64,000 nucleotides of DNA. Origin: a virus (Duplodnaviria; Caudoviricetes). The position numbers and the translations under genes were made by a program. How positions within the stretch are numbered: the stretch's first letter is position 1; the number at the start of each line of letters is the position of its first letter. The DNA is taken from positions 7,951 through 71,950 of IMG/VR virus record IMGVR_UViG_3300035530_000023; one strand, written 5' to 3'. The notes under the pieces are model-generated. The model made no database searches. It had not been told where the DNA came from and was given only the letters and a program-made list of their open reading frames with translations. Below, piece by piece: positions 38,420-47,967 of this stretch.

Positions 38420-39218
38420 GGAACTAACAAAAACTGAAAAACTGTTAACTCAAATAGTTTCATATATGCCGACAGAAAGTAAGTCGGTATTGTCTACTTA
38501 CCTAACGACAGAGCAATATATCGGTTTCACCGATAGTCTAACTGACATCAACACTTCCAACCAACTTCAGGTAAATAAAATATACGATGTAGATCAGTTA
38601 ATTGATCAACCATTAGTATTTGCACTTACGTTATTGTACGATCCTTCAAACCAACAGTTACTCATTTTATTGTTAACTAAATTTAAAGAATTCCTTAACA
38701 TGCATCCAGATTTTGAATTTAATATATCGAATAGGGAATTGGATATGGTAGTATACAACAAAATACAATTCAATTCTACTGAAACTATTCGTATACTCCT
38801 AATCCAAGAACGTTTAGCTAAGTGTATTTGTAGATACCAATACAAACACAAATTAGATATCATCTATCCATTATTATTCAGTATCATTTTAGCTAATGAT
38901 TATGGGAATGTTACTCTTGCCAAAGGATTGACTGATATACATCTAATATGTATCAAATTGTTAAACTTAACTAATCCTAATCACTTTTTACATGACCAAA
39001 TCGATACTACATTTAAATATCTTTTGAGGAAAATGGACGAGAAAAAGATCGATGACCATAATATGAATCATTTACATATTACAGTTACTTCAGTATTTGT
39101 AATGATATTTGTATATGTATTTGATCATTTTGTTCATGTGTATAGTGATGAGAGATGTCGAGGTATATCATCACTATTGGTCAATTCGATTTCTCAAAGC
39201 ATAAGCGTGGAGGGTTGA
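38403..39218 (+). CDS. Hypothetical protein
   Basis: 271 aa; overlaps the gyrB-like stop codon. Confidence 0.65.
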   Translation: MLKTFKELTKTEKLLTQIVSYMPTESKSVLSTYLTTEQYIGFTDSLTDINTSNQLQVNKIYDVDQLIDQPLVFALTLLYDPSNQQLLILLLTKFKEFLNMHPDFEFNISNRELDMVVYNKIQFNSTETIRILLIQERLAKCICRYQYKHKLDIIYPLLFSIILANDYGNVTLAKGLTDIHLICIKLLNLTNPNHFLHDQIDTTFKYLLRKMDEKKIDDHNMNHLHITVTSVFVMIFVYVFDHFVHVYSDERCRGISSLLVNSISQSISVEG

Positions 39219-39219
39219 T

Positions 39220-39591
39220 GTGGCAATTAAGAAAGGGAAACTAATTTTAAGTCCTCTTACATCCGACGATCTTGTATTTAAAGAGGAGGACATTCTTGAG
39301 GTGAGTGACATATTGGCACGTATGTTACGATACCTTTTTGTAAAATTAGAAATTACCAATGAGCAGTTGCAGGATAGATTTTCTGCACATGCTGCTCGTT
39401 TGGGATTGCGGTCAACGGAAGCAAACTATTGGAAAAATAACACCCTTAAAGCTATTCTAAATGATACCATCACGATGAAAAGCTTTATGAATGTTTTGGT
39501 AAATATCTTGGAATTAAATCCTTCCAATTTATCACTTACTGTAACATTACCAAATTCTGAGAAAGAAGTAGTCATTTCTATGGATACGTAA
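39220..39591 (+). CDS. Small hypothetical protein, resembles a phiKZ-family conserved protein
   Basis: 123 aa; ILARMLRYLF...NTLKAIL...ITMKSF pattern recalled from related phages; GGAG RBS and GTG start. Confidence 0.5.
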   Translation: MAIKKGKLILSPLTSDDLVFKEEDILEVSDILARMLRYLFVKLEITNEQLQDRFSAHAARLGLRSTEANYWKNNTLKAILNDTITMKSFMNVLVNILELNPSNLSLTVTLPNSEKEVVISMDT

Positions 39592-39595
39592 AATG

Positions 39596-39635
39596 TATAT
39601 GAGTGTATATCCTTTCGGGGATATACACTCATATA
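39596..39635 (+). terminator. Intergenic hairpin with TTCG loop
   Basis: 17-bp stem plus a T.G pair closing TTCG. Confidence 0.75.
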
Positions 39636-39663
39636 TGCTTATCGTGGGTATCTATATAGAAAT

Positions 39664-39673
39664 ACATATTATT
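39664..39673 (+). promoter_or_regulatory. Early-type promoter motif upstream of gyrA-like gene
   Basis: ACATATTATT just after a hairpin. Confidence 0.5.
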
Positions 39674-39732
39674 ACCATATTAAGAGAACAAATGTACCGC
39701 ATATCAAGCACTTAAATTCGACAATAGAGGTA

Positions 39733-42018
39733 ATGAGTATGGCCGCCAACAAATCAGAAAATGATAAAGAAGTAAATTTAACTGTACCCATAAAGCGGGT
39801 AGCTTCCGATATCATTAAAGAAAATACTAAAGAATATGGATCGTATACTATCGATGGACAATTCCCTTCTCCTATTGATGGATTACAAAAAGTCCATAGG
39901 CGAGCATTGTGGGCTATTTACAACATTCCTAATAACGAAAATAAAATTCCAGGACTTACTCTACTGAGTGATGTTTTAAAGTTACACCCTTTTGGAGATA
40001 TTAGTACATATGACGCCATTGTCAGACTGACACAACCATTTAAGTTAACCAATCCTGTTATTGACATGATAGGCGATTGTGGTACTTACAGTGGAGACCG
40101 AAGTGCTAGTGCTCGATATTCGAGTTTTAAAATAGCACAATTTACGAAAGATCTATTTTTTAATGGTACTGATAAAAGATCCTACCACATGGTTGTAAGT
40201 GAAGATCAGAAATCATTAGAACCAGCATACTTAATTCCCAAACTCCCTACAGCATTGTTGTTTCAGAACTGTACTCCAGGATTTGGTAGTAAATCCATTA
40301 CTATGTCTTACCTATTAGAAGGTGTAGCTGATTTAGTAATGGCATATTCTCAACACCATAAACAGTATGGAATATCTGTACCGTGGGATTATACTAAATA
40401 TGTTAAATACCTTATTCCACATAATCCTATATGTGGACATTTAAGAAATGCAGATATCTTAAAAAGTCAAATGCAAAATGGGGAATTTGATGGAAGAGTA
40501 ACTACAGATGGAATTCTTAATTTATATCCCAATCGTGTAGATGTAGTTTCTCTTCCTATGACTGCAAGTATCGATAGATGTAAATTAGACATATATCAAG
40601 AACTAGGAAAGAAATCATCTATATTTGATAAGAATATAGCAGATTATATCAATTCATCGGAAACAAAATTAACTGCTAATTTGTCATTCAAAATAAAGAA
40701 GTCAGTTAACTATATTGATACTATAAACGAGATTAAGAGAGTAATTAGATTTACTGGACACATAACTCCAACAAACAACTATACCATCAATGGGGTTGTT
40801 GCTCATATGAATCCTATCCAAGTCCTAAAGTATTGGTATAGAGAACGATACAATGCCATATTATCTAAAAAGAAATATAAACAGATGTCAAACTATACTA
40901 AGTTACAGGAACTCGAATTGAAGTTATTAGTGTGTGACGAAGTAAATGAAGTCATACAAATTATTCGCACCAACGATAGAGAAACTGGTATGAGATTGTT
41001 AATGAAAAAGTTTAAAATCTCTAGCCATAAAGCTCATTTGTTGATGGATATTCCTCTTGGCACTTTATCCTCATCTTCTAAAGAAAGTCTCATAAAGCAA
41101 CGAGAAGCAGTTCTGTTAGACAATAAAGCTATTGTAGAAAGTTATGATAAGGTAGATGATGAGATATATAACGATGCTAAATATATTAAAGAGAAATATC
41201 CTACCAAGGGCGGATTACGTATTCCTAAGTATAAAGGCTATATCTGTATCGATAATGATCTCATATATCAATATGAAGATGATAATGATCTATGTGAAAT
41301 GTTATCGAGGTTTTACAAACATGATATTCGATTAGATCATTATAAGACTAACGATAAAATATTTGAATTGATTGCAAATAAGAATACTAAAAATTATGGA
41401 TTGATTGAGGGATATTGCCTTCCTAAAATTCTTAAAGGTATAGGCATCATCCATACAACTACAAATAAAAATCTAAAAACTGTATATAAGAAATGTGGTG
41501 GTATTGGATATGTTAATAAGTTAATCATTCCTGAAGATGATGATGTTGAAGTATATTTGACTGGACGTAACATTACAACCATTGATAAATATGGAAAATT
41601 AAATCGTACTACCGTAGATATACTTCCCGAAAAGAAAAGTATATGTCGAACATTAGGTTCTGATATCATTTATGTCTACGATGACGATGACGATCCTAGA
41701 ATTATAGTTTCAATGAATACTAGTGATACAAATAATCTACGTTTGCAATTAGTTACAAAGGATACTACCGAAATCATAACTACTATGTCTGGCGAAACAA
41801 AGATATTGGGAGCTTATAAAATAAATGAATATCCGAATATATATACTCATCTACTAGATAGTTGCTTGTCTAGGACTAAAATTAAATTTATTAAAATAAC
41901 CAACCCAATAGAATTATTCACTAATAAAGATTATGTAATTGTTGAACTTACGAAAACAACTACATGTAAACGAAAGATAAAAAAGATCAATAAAGCTCAA
42001 AACTTTATAAGTATATAA
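39733..42018 (+). CDS. gyrA: Type IIA topoisomerase subunit A (GyrA/ParC-like)
   Basis: PIDGLQKVHRR, HPFGD, catalytic SARY and LPTALL; divergent C-terminal domain with no recognisable GyrA-box. Confidence 0.82.
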   Translation: MSMAANKSENDKEVNLTVPIKRVASDIIKENTKEYGSYTIDGQFPSPIDGLQKVHRRALWAIYNIPNNENKIPGLTLLSDVLKLHPFGDISTYDAIVRLTQPFKLTNPVIDMIGDCGTYSGDRSASARYSSFKIAQFTKDLFFNGTDKRSYHMVVSEDQKSLEPAYLIPKLPTALLFQNCTPGFGSKSITMSYLLEGVADLVMAYSQHHKQYGISVPWDYTKYVKYLIPHNPICGHLRNADILKSQMQNGEFDGRVTTDGILNLYPNRVDVVSLPMTASIDRCKLDIYQELGKKSSIFDKNIADYINSSETKLTANLSFKIKKSVNYIDTINEIKRVIRFTGHITPTNNYTINGVVAHMNPIQVLKYWYRERYNAILSKKKYKQMSNYTKLQELELKLLVCDEVNEVIQIIRTNDRETGMRLLMKKFKISSHKAHLLMDIPLGTLSSSSKESLIKQREAVLLDNKAIVESYDKVDDEIYNDAKYIKEKYPTKGGLRIPKYKGYICIDNDLIYQYEDDNDLCEMLSRFYKHDIRLDHYKTNDKIFELIANKNTKNYGLIEGYCLPKILKGIGIIHTTTNKNLKTVYKKCGGIGYVNKLIIPEDDDVEVYLTGRNITTIDKYGKLNRTTVDILPEKKSICRTLGSDIIYVYDDDDDPRIIVSMNTSDTNNLRLQLVTKDTTEIITTMSGETKILGAYKINEYPNIYTHLLDSCLSRTKIKFIKITNPIELFTNKDYVIVELTKTTTCKRKIKKINKAQNFISI

Positions 42019-42035
42019 GTATATAAGTATATAAG
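42006..42035 (+). repeat. 8-bp tandem repeat (TATAAGTA, about 3.75 copies) over the gyrA-like stop codon
   Basis: Read directly from the sequence. Confidence 0.9.
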
Positions 42036-42067
42036 AGAGAGATCTCCGATTTGGAGATCTCTCTTTT
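42033..42067 (+). terminator. Intergenic hairpin
   Basis: 12-bp perfect stem extended by G.T and A-T pairs into a T tract. Confidence 0.7.
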
Positions 42068-42159
42068 GTTAATAAATAGTATATTTTATTTTTTCAAAAT
42101 TAACTATAGATTAATCATACTATATAAGCAAAGTTATACAACTAAAGGAGACGAATATT

Positions 42160-42831
42160 GTGAACGCAAAACGTAAACAAGTACAAGATTATATATTTAA
42201 AATTTTGAAAAATATTGACCTGGATGGGTATAATATTAAATTATATACTGAAAAATTTGCAACAATGTCAGATAAAGCTTTTGATACATGGATGAAAGAT
42301 ATCAAAGATGGTAAGTATAAACTTACTATTTATATTCCAAATATGAAAAATAATGTAACTATGCAGCATATAACAAATACTGCCAAAGCTGTTGGATTGA
42401 CTATATCTGATCACCTATGGATGGAAGATTCAACTACAGGTATAAGGTACAAAACTAACCATAAGTATTTGATATTGCGCATGCCTATACGTAGAGTAAA
42501 GCAATATTTAGATGCTAAAATATCTGTACCAGAAAGTGATACTAAAACTGATTTACTTACAGGACAGGTAATTAAACCAGACAAAGGATCTTCGATTTCT
42601 CTTATCGAAATGCAGACTCTGGTATCAAAAGGATTAGATAAATCTATTATCGAATTTATGAAAGTTCGTGGTGGAGATGTTCATGCTTATAGTGAATTTA
42701 AATCGAAACTTGAAGAAACAGGAACTGCAAATTTGAGCGATCTTTCTCCTGATAGTATTCCTAGAAGTGTCATGGTTGCTGATATCTATTTACGAGGTAT
42801 GCATATAGACAATAACTTATCTGGAGTATAG
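42160..42831 (+). CDS. Virion RNA polymerase beta C-terminal subunit (phiKZ gp149-like)
   Basis: LLTGQV...GSSISLIEMQTLVSKG...IEFMKVRGGD corresponds to RpoB LVTQQP...GQRFGEMEVWAL...LQEMLTVKSDD. Confidence 0.8.
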   Translation: MNAKRKQVQDYIFKILKNIDLDGYNIKLYTEKFATMSDKAFDTWMKDIKDGKYKLTIYIPNMKNNVTMQHITNTAKAVGLTISDHLWMEDSTTGIRYKTNHKYLILRMPIRRVKQYLDAKISVPESDTKTDLLTGQVIKPDKGSSISLIEMQTLVSKGLDKSIIEFMKVRGGDVHAYSEFKSKLEETGTANLSDLSPDSIPRSVMVADIYLRGMHIDNNLSGV

Positions 42832-42834
42832 TTT

Positions 42835-44061
42835 ATGGCTTACGAATACGAACAATCCCAAGGTATATTGTCAGCAGCAAATGCTAATGAAGCTTCAGTA
42901 TCTGATATGTTAAATAAGAATGGATACAGTATTAATAAAAATCCATCTGATGATAAAACTATTAATAGTAATAAATCTATTAGTAATTTTAAAATGCTAA
43001 ATAAATCTAAAGGTTCAATTAAGCAACCAAAAGCATTTATTTCTCAACCTAGCAGAACTACAGTAAATGAAGTTTCTTTTGAGGAATACGATACAGCTAC
43101 TGATGAAGTATCGACAATGAGTGATATCAGAAAACGATCTTTGTCAGATTATACAGGTGTCGATATTCAAACTGATGAAGATTTAGCAAAAGCTCGAGAA
43201 ATCCTTAAGAATGATGTTGCGTATATGTCTAATGCTGGTGTCGATTTGGACACATTACCAACCGAAGATCCAAATGAAGATATCGTTGTTAAAGAAAAAG
43301 AAGGATTTAGTTTAGAAACTTTATCGGCACTAGCAAAAAAAGTCCCTAAGCTCGGAGTAGGTGCCGCTTTAGGAGATCTCAATTTATCCAAAGATATTCC
43401 TATGATTGCAGATGAATTAGGAAATCCTATCGATGGTATCCCCGCAGGATTAGATCATGATACTGTAAAGGAAATGTCAAATAAAGCTAAATCTATTTGT
43501 TCTGGGTCTGGATTAGACATCTCCGATTTTGGAAAAAATTTAGGTCTATTTGATGCTCTATTAGCACTAGCTGCAGAAATGGGATTGACTCAGTTATTGA
43601 AAAATTTAGCCAACTGTCTTAATTATTTTGACTTTAATGGTGAAGATGTTCTTTCTGAAAAATTTCCAACATCTATTGCAAATGGGGATTACAAAACTGC
43701 GGATACTATAGTAGATCTTATAGGAAAAGATAGAATAAAAGATCCTGTTGGTAGTGTAAAAGAATTAATAAGTAAAATACCTGGAAATGAAGAAGAGCCT
43801 TTGCCTTACGTACAACATCTCATGGATAATGCTTCAGTATCGAATGAAGATATCTACACTTCCCCTGTTGACAATTACGGATTTGAATGTGATGAGGAAC
43901 TTACAGCAATAACGGTCACTAATAGTTCTGATTTTTCTAGTAACGATAATATAAAGCAAGGTATCTTAGGTGACGAAGCAGAATTGATTGGATCAAATCC
44001 TTTTTCTGAACCTGAAGAACTTGCAGAAGATACAACATCATTCTCAAATCAAATGTGGTAA
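42835..44061 (+). CDS. Hypothetical acidic protein, possibly virion
   Basis: 408-aa ORF in an operon with RNAP and Mtd_N-like genes. Confidence 0.6.
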   Translation: MAYEYEQSQGILSAANANEASVSDMLNKNGYSINKNPSDDKTINSNKSISNFKMLNKSKGSIKQPKAFISQPSRTTVNEVSFEEYDTATDEVSTMSDIRKRSLSDYTGVDIQTDEDLAKAREILKNDVAYMSNAGVDLDTLPTEDPNEDIVVKEKEGFSLETLSALAKKVPKLGVGAALGDLNLSKDIPMIADELGNPIDGIPAGLDHDTVKEMSNKAKSICSGSGLDISDFGKNLGLFDALLALAAEMGLTQLLKNLANCLNYFDFNGEDVLSEKFPTSIANGDYKTADTIVDLIGKDRIKDPVGSVKELISKIPGNEEEPLPYVQHLMDNASVSNEDIYTSPVDNYGFECDEELTAITVTNSSDFSSNDNIKQGILGDEAELIGSNPFSEPEELAEDTTSFSNQMW

Positions 44062-44079
44062 ATAAATAGGAGATTTTTC

Positions 44080-44889
44080 ATGAGTATAGTAACAACAGCT
44101 AAACAATTCATACAATTGTCTGCAGCGCCTGCGGCTGAATGGGAGATTGTAAATCCAAAACTGCCAACAGGTATGGCTGGGTGGGAATCTGATACTGGAA
44201 AAATAAAAATTGGTAATGGAGTATCCAGTTGGAATACTTTATCTTATGCTATCGAAAGTGTTATTCTCGAAGAATACATTACCAAACTATCCAATGCTAA
44301 TTTACCTAATGGTGTAGCAGTATTAACTGAAGATGGAATTCTCCCATTAGATATACTTCCACCACAATCTAAAGAGCATGTAACCTATGTAGCAAATATT
44401 GAATCTCGAGATAATATCCCTATTGAAAATCGTAATGGTATCGTAGTAGTTATAGATGCTACTGGAGATATTATAAAAATCGAAGATGCCATTGAACATA
44501 CTTTCTATAATGTATACGATAAAGCTGCAGAGGATATCGATGGTGGTGGAGCAGTAATCGTAGACTTTGGAACTATCCTCGGTGTAAATCCTGAAGATTT
44601 TGAAAATACTACTCCTGCAGACATTACCGTTACTCGTGGTGGTGCTGTTTATGTCTGGAATGGTAATTCTACAAATGGTACGTGGTTAAAGATTTCCGAA
44701 TTTGAATCTATGGATATCGATTTTTCTGTATACTTAGAAACACTCAAAGCTAATTTAGATATCATTGCTGATGGTGTAAATTTTATAAAATTTACATTAG
44801 TTGAAAAATACAAACTTGAAATTACTATAAATATGGATGATGTATATATTTATAAAGGTATGGCTCCAAATAAGATTAAAACGTTATAG
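44080..44889 (+). CDS. Mtd_N-like domain protein, paralogue of 29960..30625
   Basis: WEIVNPKLPTGMAGWESDTGKIKIGNG; shares WxKxSEFESMDIDFSV with the first copy. Confidence 0.7.
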   Translation: MSIVTTAKQFIQLSAAPAAEWEIVNPKLPTGMAGWESDTGKIKIGNGVSSWNTLSYAIESVILEEYITKLSNANLPNGVAVLTEDGILPLDILPPQSKEHVTYVANIESRDNIPIENRNGIVVVIDATGDIIKIEDAIEHTFYNVYDKAAEDIDGGGAVIVDFGTILGVNPEDFENTTPADITVTRGGAVYVWNGNSTNGTWLKISEFESMDIDFSVYLETLKANLDIIADGVNFIKFTLVEKYKLEITINMDDVYIYKGMAPNKIKTL

Positions 44890-44906
44890 TGTAAAATATT
44901 ACATAC

Positions 44907-44946
44907 CATAAAAGGATACGTCCCATGTGGGACGTATCCTTTTATG
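44907..44946. terminator. Intergenic hairpin
   Basis: 18-bp perfect stem, loop ATGT. Confidence 0.75.
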
Positions 44947-44963
44947 CCATATCATTTTTAGAT

Positions 44964-44973
44964 ATATATTATC
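44964..44973 (+). promoter_or_regulatory. Early-type promoter motif upstream of the non-virion RNAP operon
   Basis: ATATATTATC about 42 nt before 45016. Confidence 0.55.
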
Positions 44974-45015
44974 TATAAGAATTGCATTATCTTAATCTAA
45001 AAAGGAGTTATAGTT

Positions 45016-46365
45016 ATGAGAAAAATTCATTTTAATGAAGCGTATAATAAATCTAATACAAACTATTGTGGAGTTTTGGGAAGAAATACTGTTTGTTATT
45101 ATGGAGAGTATCAAGTAATTAATTACTCAGACGAACCAATCTATATACAAGATTGTGAAGGTGAGGAATACACCATTCCTTCATCGTATCGAGCCGATAC
45201 CCCAACTCGGATAGAAATATTACATCGTCGAGTAAATGGGGCTAGAAGTTTTTCTTGTAATGTAGAAAAATTTGATGGTCCTATTGAAGTTATGACTATC
45301 GATTATGATAAAAATTATAGTACACCTACTTATATCAAAGAATTAAATATCTTAATATATGGTCCCAATTGTAAAAATATAGCTAAACATCCATGCTTCA
45401 GTAATCGGTTTGGGTATGTTGTAGAATCGTCAGAAGACATTATTCGAAAGGGAGCTAGTCAAGCTCCTATATTTATTTTAGGTAATGATCCTACAGGGAA
45501 AATAAAGCATATATACCTAGGCATTAATGGTAGTGTATGTGATGTTAACGTTTCTCAAGATCCAGATAATGATGAAAAATATTATCTCTGTAGGCATAAT
45601 AACGATTTGAAGAAAAAGTATTCATATGAAGAACTTGATCCTAAAAGTTTAGAATGGGATCATGTTCTAGAGTATGTTACAGAAGATGGAAATATATTTC
45701 CTATATGTTTAGGGAAAGATAGATTAAAAGAATATCTTGAATCTAAGCATTTAGAAAATCGAAATAAATTTTCTTCTACACATATCGCTAATGCTCGAAA
45801 AGAAGTACAACAGACATTAGCTGTAGAAATAGAACAATTACAAGACACAATCAAAGTTAGAGATAAGACTATTAGTAATCTCAAAAGTACTCATGCAGAT
45901 ATGTTGGTAGAGAAAGATACAGAAATCAAACTACTGAATAATCGAATCGCATCTCTCCAAAAAGATATGGAATTGAGACTTGACCTTAAGAAGAGAGATT
46001 TCGATGATGATAAAACAACTATAGATATGCAGTTATATAAGGCCAACTCAGATCTTAAGGAAAAATTATCGGAAACACAAAAAGAGATTGCTAGATTACG
46101 AGTGAAGAAAGAAGAGAATTCTGTTAAATCTTCACAAGTGTCTACGCTCGGTATTGGATTTAAAACTGCAGCTATTGTACTACCCATTGCAGCCCTCGGC
46201 CTTAGTTGGCTAGCTGCTCATATAGCTTCATCTACAACTAGTGCAATTGTAACAGGTACAACATTTATTGGTAGTGTAGGTATTGCTATCTGCGATGGAG
46301 TACGATATGTTGGTAGTAAAATTTGTGATACTGTAGGAAGTTTTTTCAGTTGGTGTTTTGGCTAA
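45016..46365 (+). CDS. Coiled-coil protein with hydrophobic C-terminus (gp122-like position)
   Basis: 449 aa; heptad region then AAIVLPIAALGLSWLAAHI; upstream ATATATTATC motif. Confidence 0.6.
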   Translation: MRKIHFNEAYNKSNTNYCGVLGRNTVCYYGEYQVINYSDEPIYIQDCEGEEYTIPSSYRADTPTRIEILHRRVNGARSFSCNVEKFDGPIEVMTIDYDKNYSTPTYIKELNILIYGPNCKNIAKHPCFSNRFGYVVESSEDIIRKGASQAPIFILGNDPTGKIKHIYLGINGSVCDVNVSQDPDNDEKYYLCRHNNDLKKKYSYEELDPKSLEWDHVLEYVTEDGNIFPICLGKDRLKEYLESKHLENRNKFSSTHIANARKEVQQTLAVEIEQLQDTIKVRDKTISNLKSTHADMLVEKDTEIKLLNNRIASLQKDMELRLDLKKRDFDDDKTTIDMQLYKANSDLKEKLSETQKEIARLRVKKEENSVKSSQVSTLGIGFKTAAIVLPIAALGLSWLAAHIASSTTSAIVTGTTFIGSVGIAICDGVRYVGSKICDTVGSFFSWCFG

Positions 46366-46383
46366 ACTGTTTGGAGGGAATAT

Positions 46384-47937
46384 ATGGACAAACTTATTAA
46401 GGGTGTAAGTAATCGATTACCCCAATTGAATGATTACTTACTTCGAGATTTTAGAAAAGAGCAGATAAATAAATCTGCTGAATTTCTAGAAATCGTTTTT
46501 AAAGAAGCCATAAAAATATTCAAAGGAGAAATTGAATATGTAGGTAGCTATCGAATATTATCGCCCGAAGAACGGTTAGAATACGAACTCAATAATAAAA
46601 TAACAAAAGGTAATATCAATATCCGTCATTGTGAATGGGTATTGGTCGATTATCAATTCACTTACCAAAATGCAATTTATCATGTCTATATATATCTCCC
46701 ATACGATTTTCGAGGATATATAAAGATCAATAATACAAATTATGCTATACAATTTTCCATTAGTGAACGAGTATTTACAAAGATTAATGATGGTATCATT
46801 GCCAAAGTGATTAAGCTACCTATTAAATTTTGGAAGAATCAGATATTCCAATTAAAATCATTATCTAGTGGTAAAGTAGATTTTGAAACTATCATCACTA
46901 CTCAGATCCACAATAAAGACAATAAACGTCGAAAGAAGAGTATTTCGGCTACAGTTATCCATTACCTCTTATGCAAGTATGGATTAGTCAAAGTATTGGA
47001 AATGTTTAATATGGCCGAATATGTATCTGTAGTGGATAGTATTGATAAGACTGATGTTGATATTTACGAATACTATGCTTGTCAGCGAGTAGTTCGAAAT
47101 AAACAACCTCTCTTATTGAAGGTAGCTAAAGATGTTATGAAAGATATAAGAAAGAAGCGAGTAATTGCTTCAATCTTATATCTTTTAACTAACTTCAATA
47201 AGCAAACAATTGAAAGTCTATATGATACTAACTGTACTATATACAAAATCATGTTAGGTAAAATCATACACGGAAATCATACTCCAGACCCTGCTGCACT
47301 TAATCATATGGATAACCATATGCTCAGTTTAGATGGGTATCTCGATCCTATCACAAAGCAGAGATTAGAAGCTTCAGGTATCTACATTCAGAATATCTAC
47401 GATATGCTAATCTACATATTCTGTAATATTGACAGAATGATATTAGATGTATCTCATTCCGATCTGTACGACAAACGAATTGATGTACTAGATGAACTTT
47501 TAGTTAAGACTATTGTTCAATCTATATTTTATCGATTTTATACAATGGAATCGAGAATTACTAAATTGCAAGATAAGCTAGTAAAGAGGCTATTACGACT
47601 ATCGAATAGACAAATTACTAAGTTGTATAGATCGCACATGGTAAGGATGAATCCTGACCGATACAACGATAATTGGTTGATTGGTACAGGGATTAAGAAA
47701 GTAAGGCAAAAAGATTTTGGCGCATCAGCTACAAATAGTTTAATTAATGCACCCGAACATCGATTCCACCCATCATTTGCATACGTAGAATCGCTGATAG
47801 CATTTGGAACTAGTAATCCTGGCAGTACTGGATCTATAAACCCCTTTCTTTCAATTGATGAAAATGGATTTATAGTAAAGGAAGATTACGCTGAACAAGC
47901 TGATGCCATTTCTTCATTTCTACCTTACGTCAAATAA
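46384..47937 (+). CDS. Non-virion RNA polymerase beta N-terminal subunit (phiKZ gp123-like)
   Basis: YIYLPY...YIKINNTNYAI ~ RpoB EIPLMT..GTFVINGTERV; C-terminal FHPSFAYVES...NPGSTGSINP ~ VHxTHYGRxCPxETPEGxNIG; size and synteny fit. Confidence 0.72.
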   Translation: MDKLIKGVSNRLPQLNDYLLRDFRKEQINKSAEFLEIVFKEAIKIFKGEIEYVGSYRILSPEERLEYELNNKITKGNINIRHCEWVLVDYQFTYQNAIYHVYIYLPYDFRGYIKINNTNYAIQFSISERVFTKINDGIIAKVIKLPIKFWKNQIFQLKSLSSGKVDFETIITTQIHNKDNKRRKKSISATVIHYLLCKYGLVKVLEMFNMAEYVSVVDSIDKTDVDIYEYYACQRVVRNKQPLLLKVAKDVMKDIRKKRVIASILYLLTNFNKQTIESLYDTNCTIYKIMLGKIIHGNHTPDPAALNHMDNHMLSLDGYLDPITKQRLEASGIYIQNIYDMLIYIFCNIDRMILDVSHSDLYDKRIDVLDELLVKTIVQSIFYRFYTMESRITKLQDKLVKRLLRLSNRQITKLYRSHMVRMNPDRYNDNWLIGTGIKKVRQKDFGASATNSLINAPEHRFHPSFAYVESLIAFGTSNPGSTGSINPFLSIDENGFIVKEDYAEQADAISSFLPYVK

Positions 47938-47967
47938 TGTTTTATTAAATTAAGGAGATAACGATTT

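Noticed and set aside
30810-39700. Shared 12-mer TACCGCATATCA near 30810 and 39689
   Set aside because: Only two copies in different contexts; chance cannot be excluded without a genome-wide count.
29960-44889. Diversity-generating retroelement suggested by Mtd_N domains
   Set aside because: No reverse transcriptase, no template/variable repeat pair differing at adenines, and no C-type-lectin-like C-terminus seen in this window.
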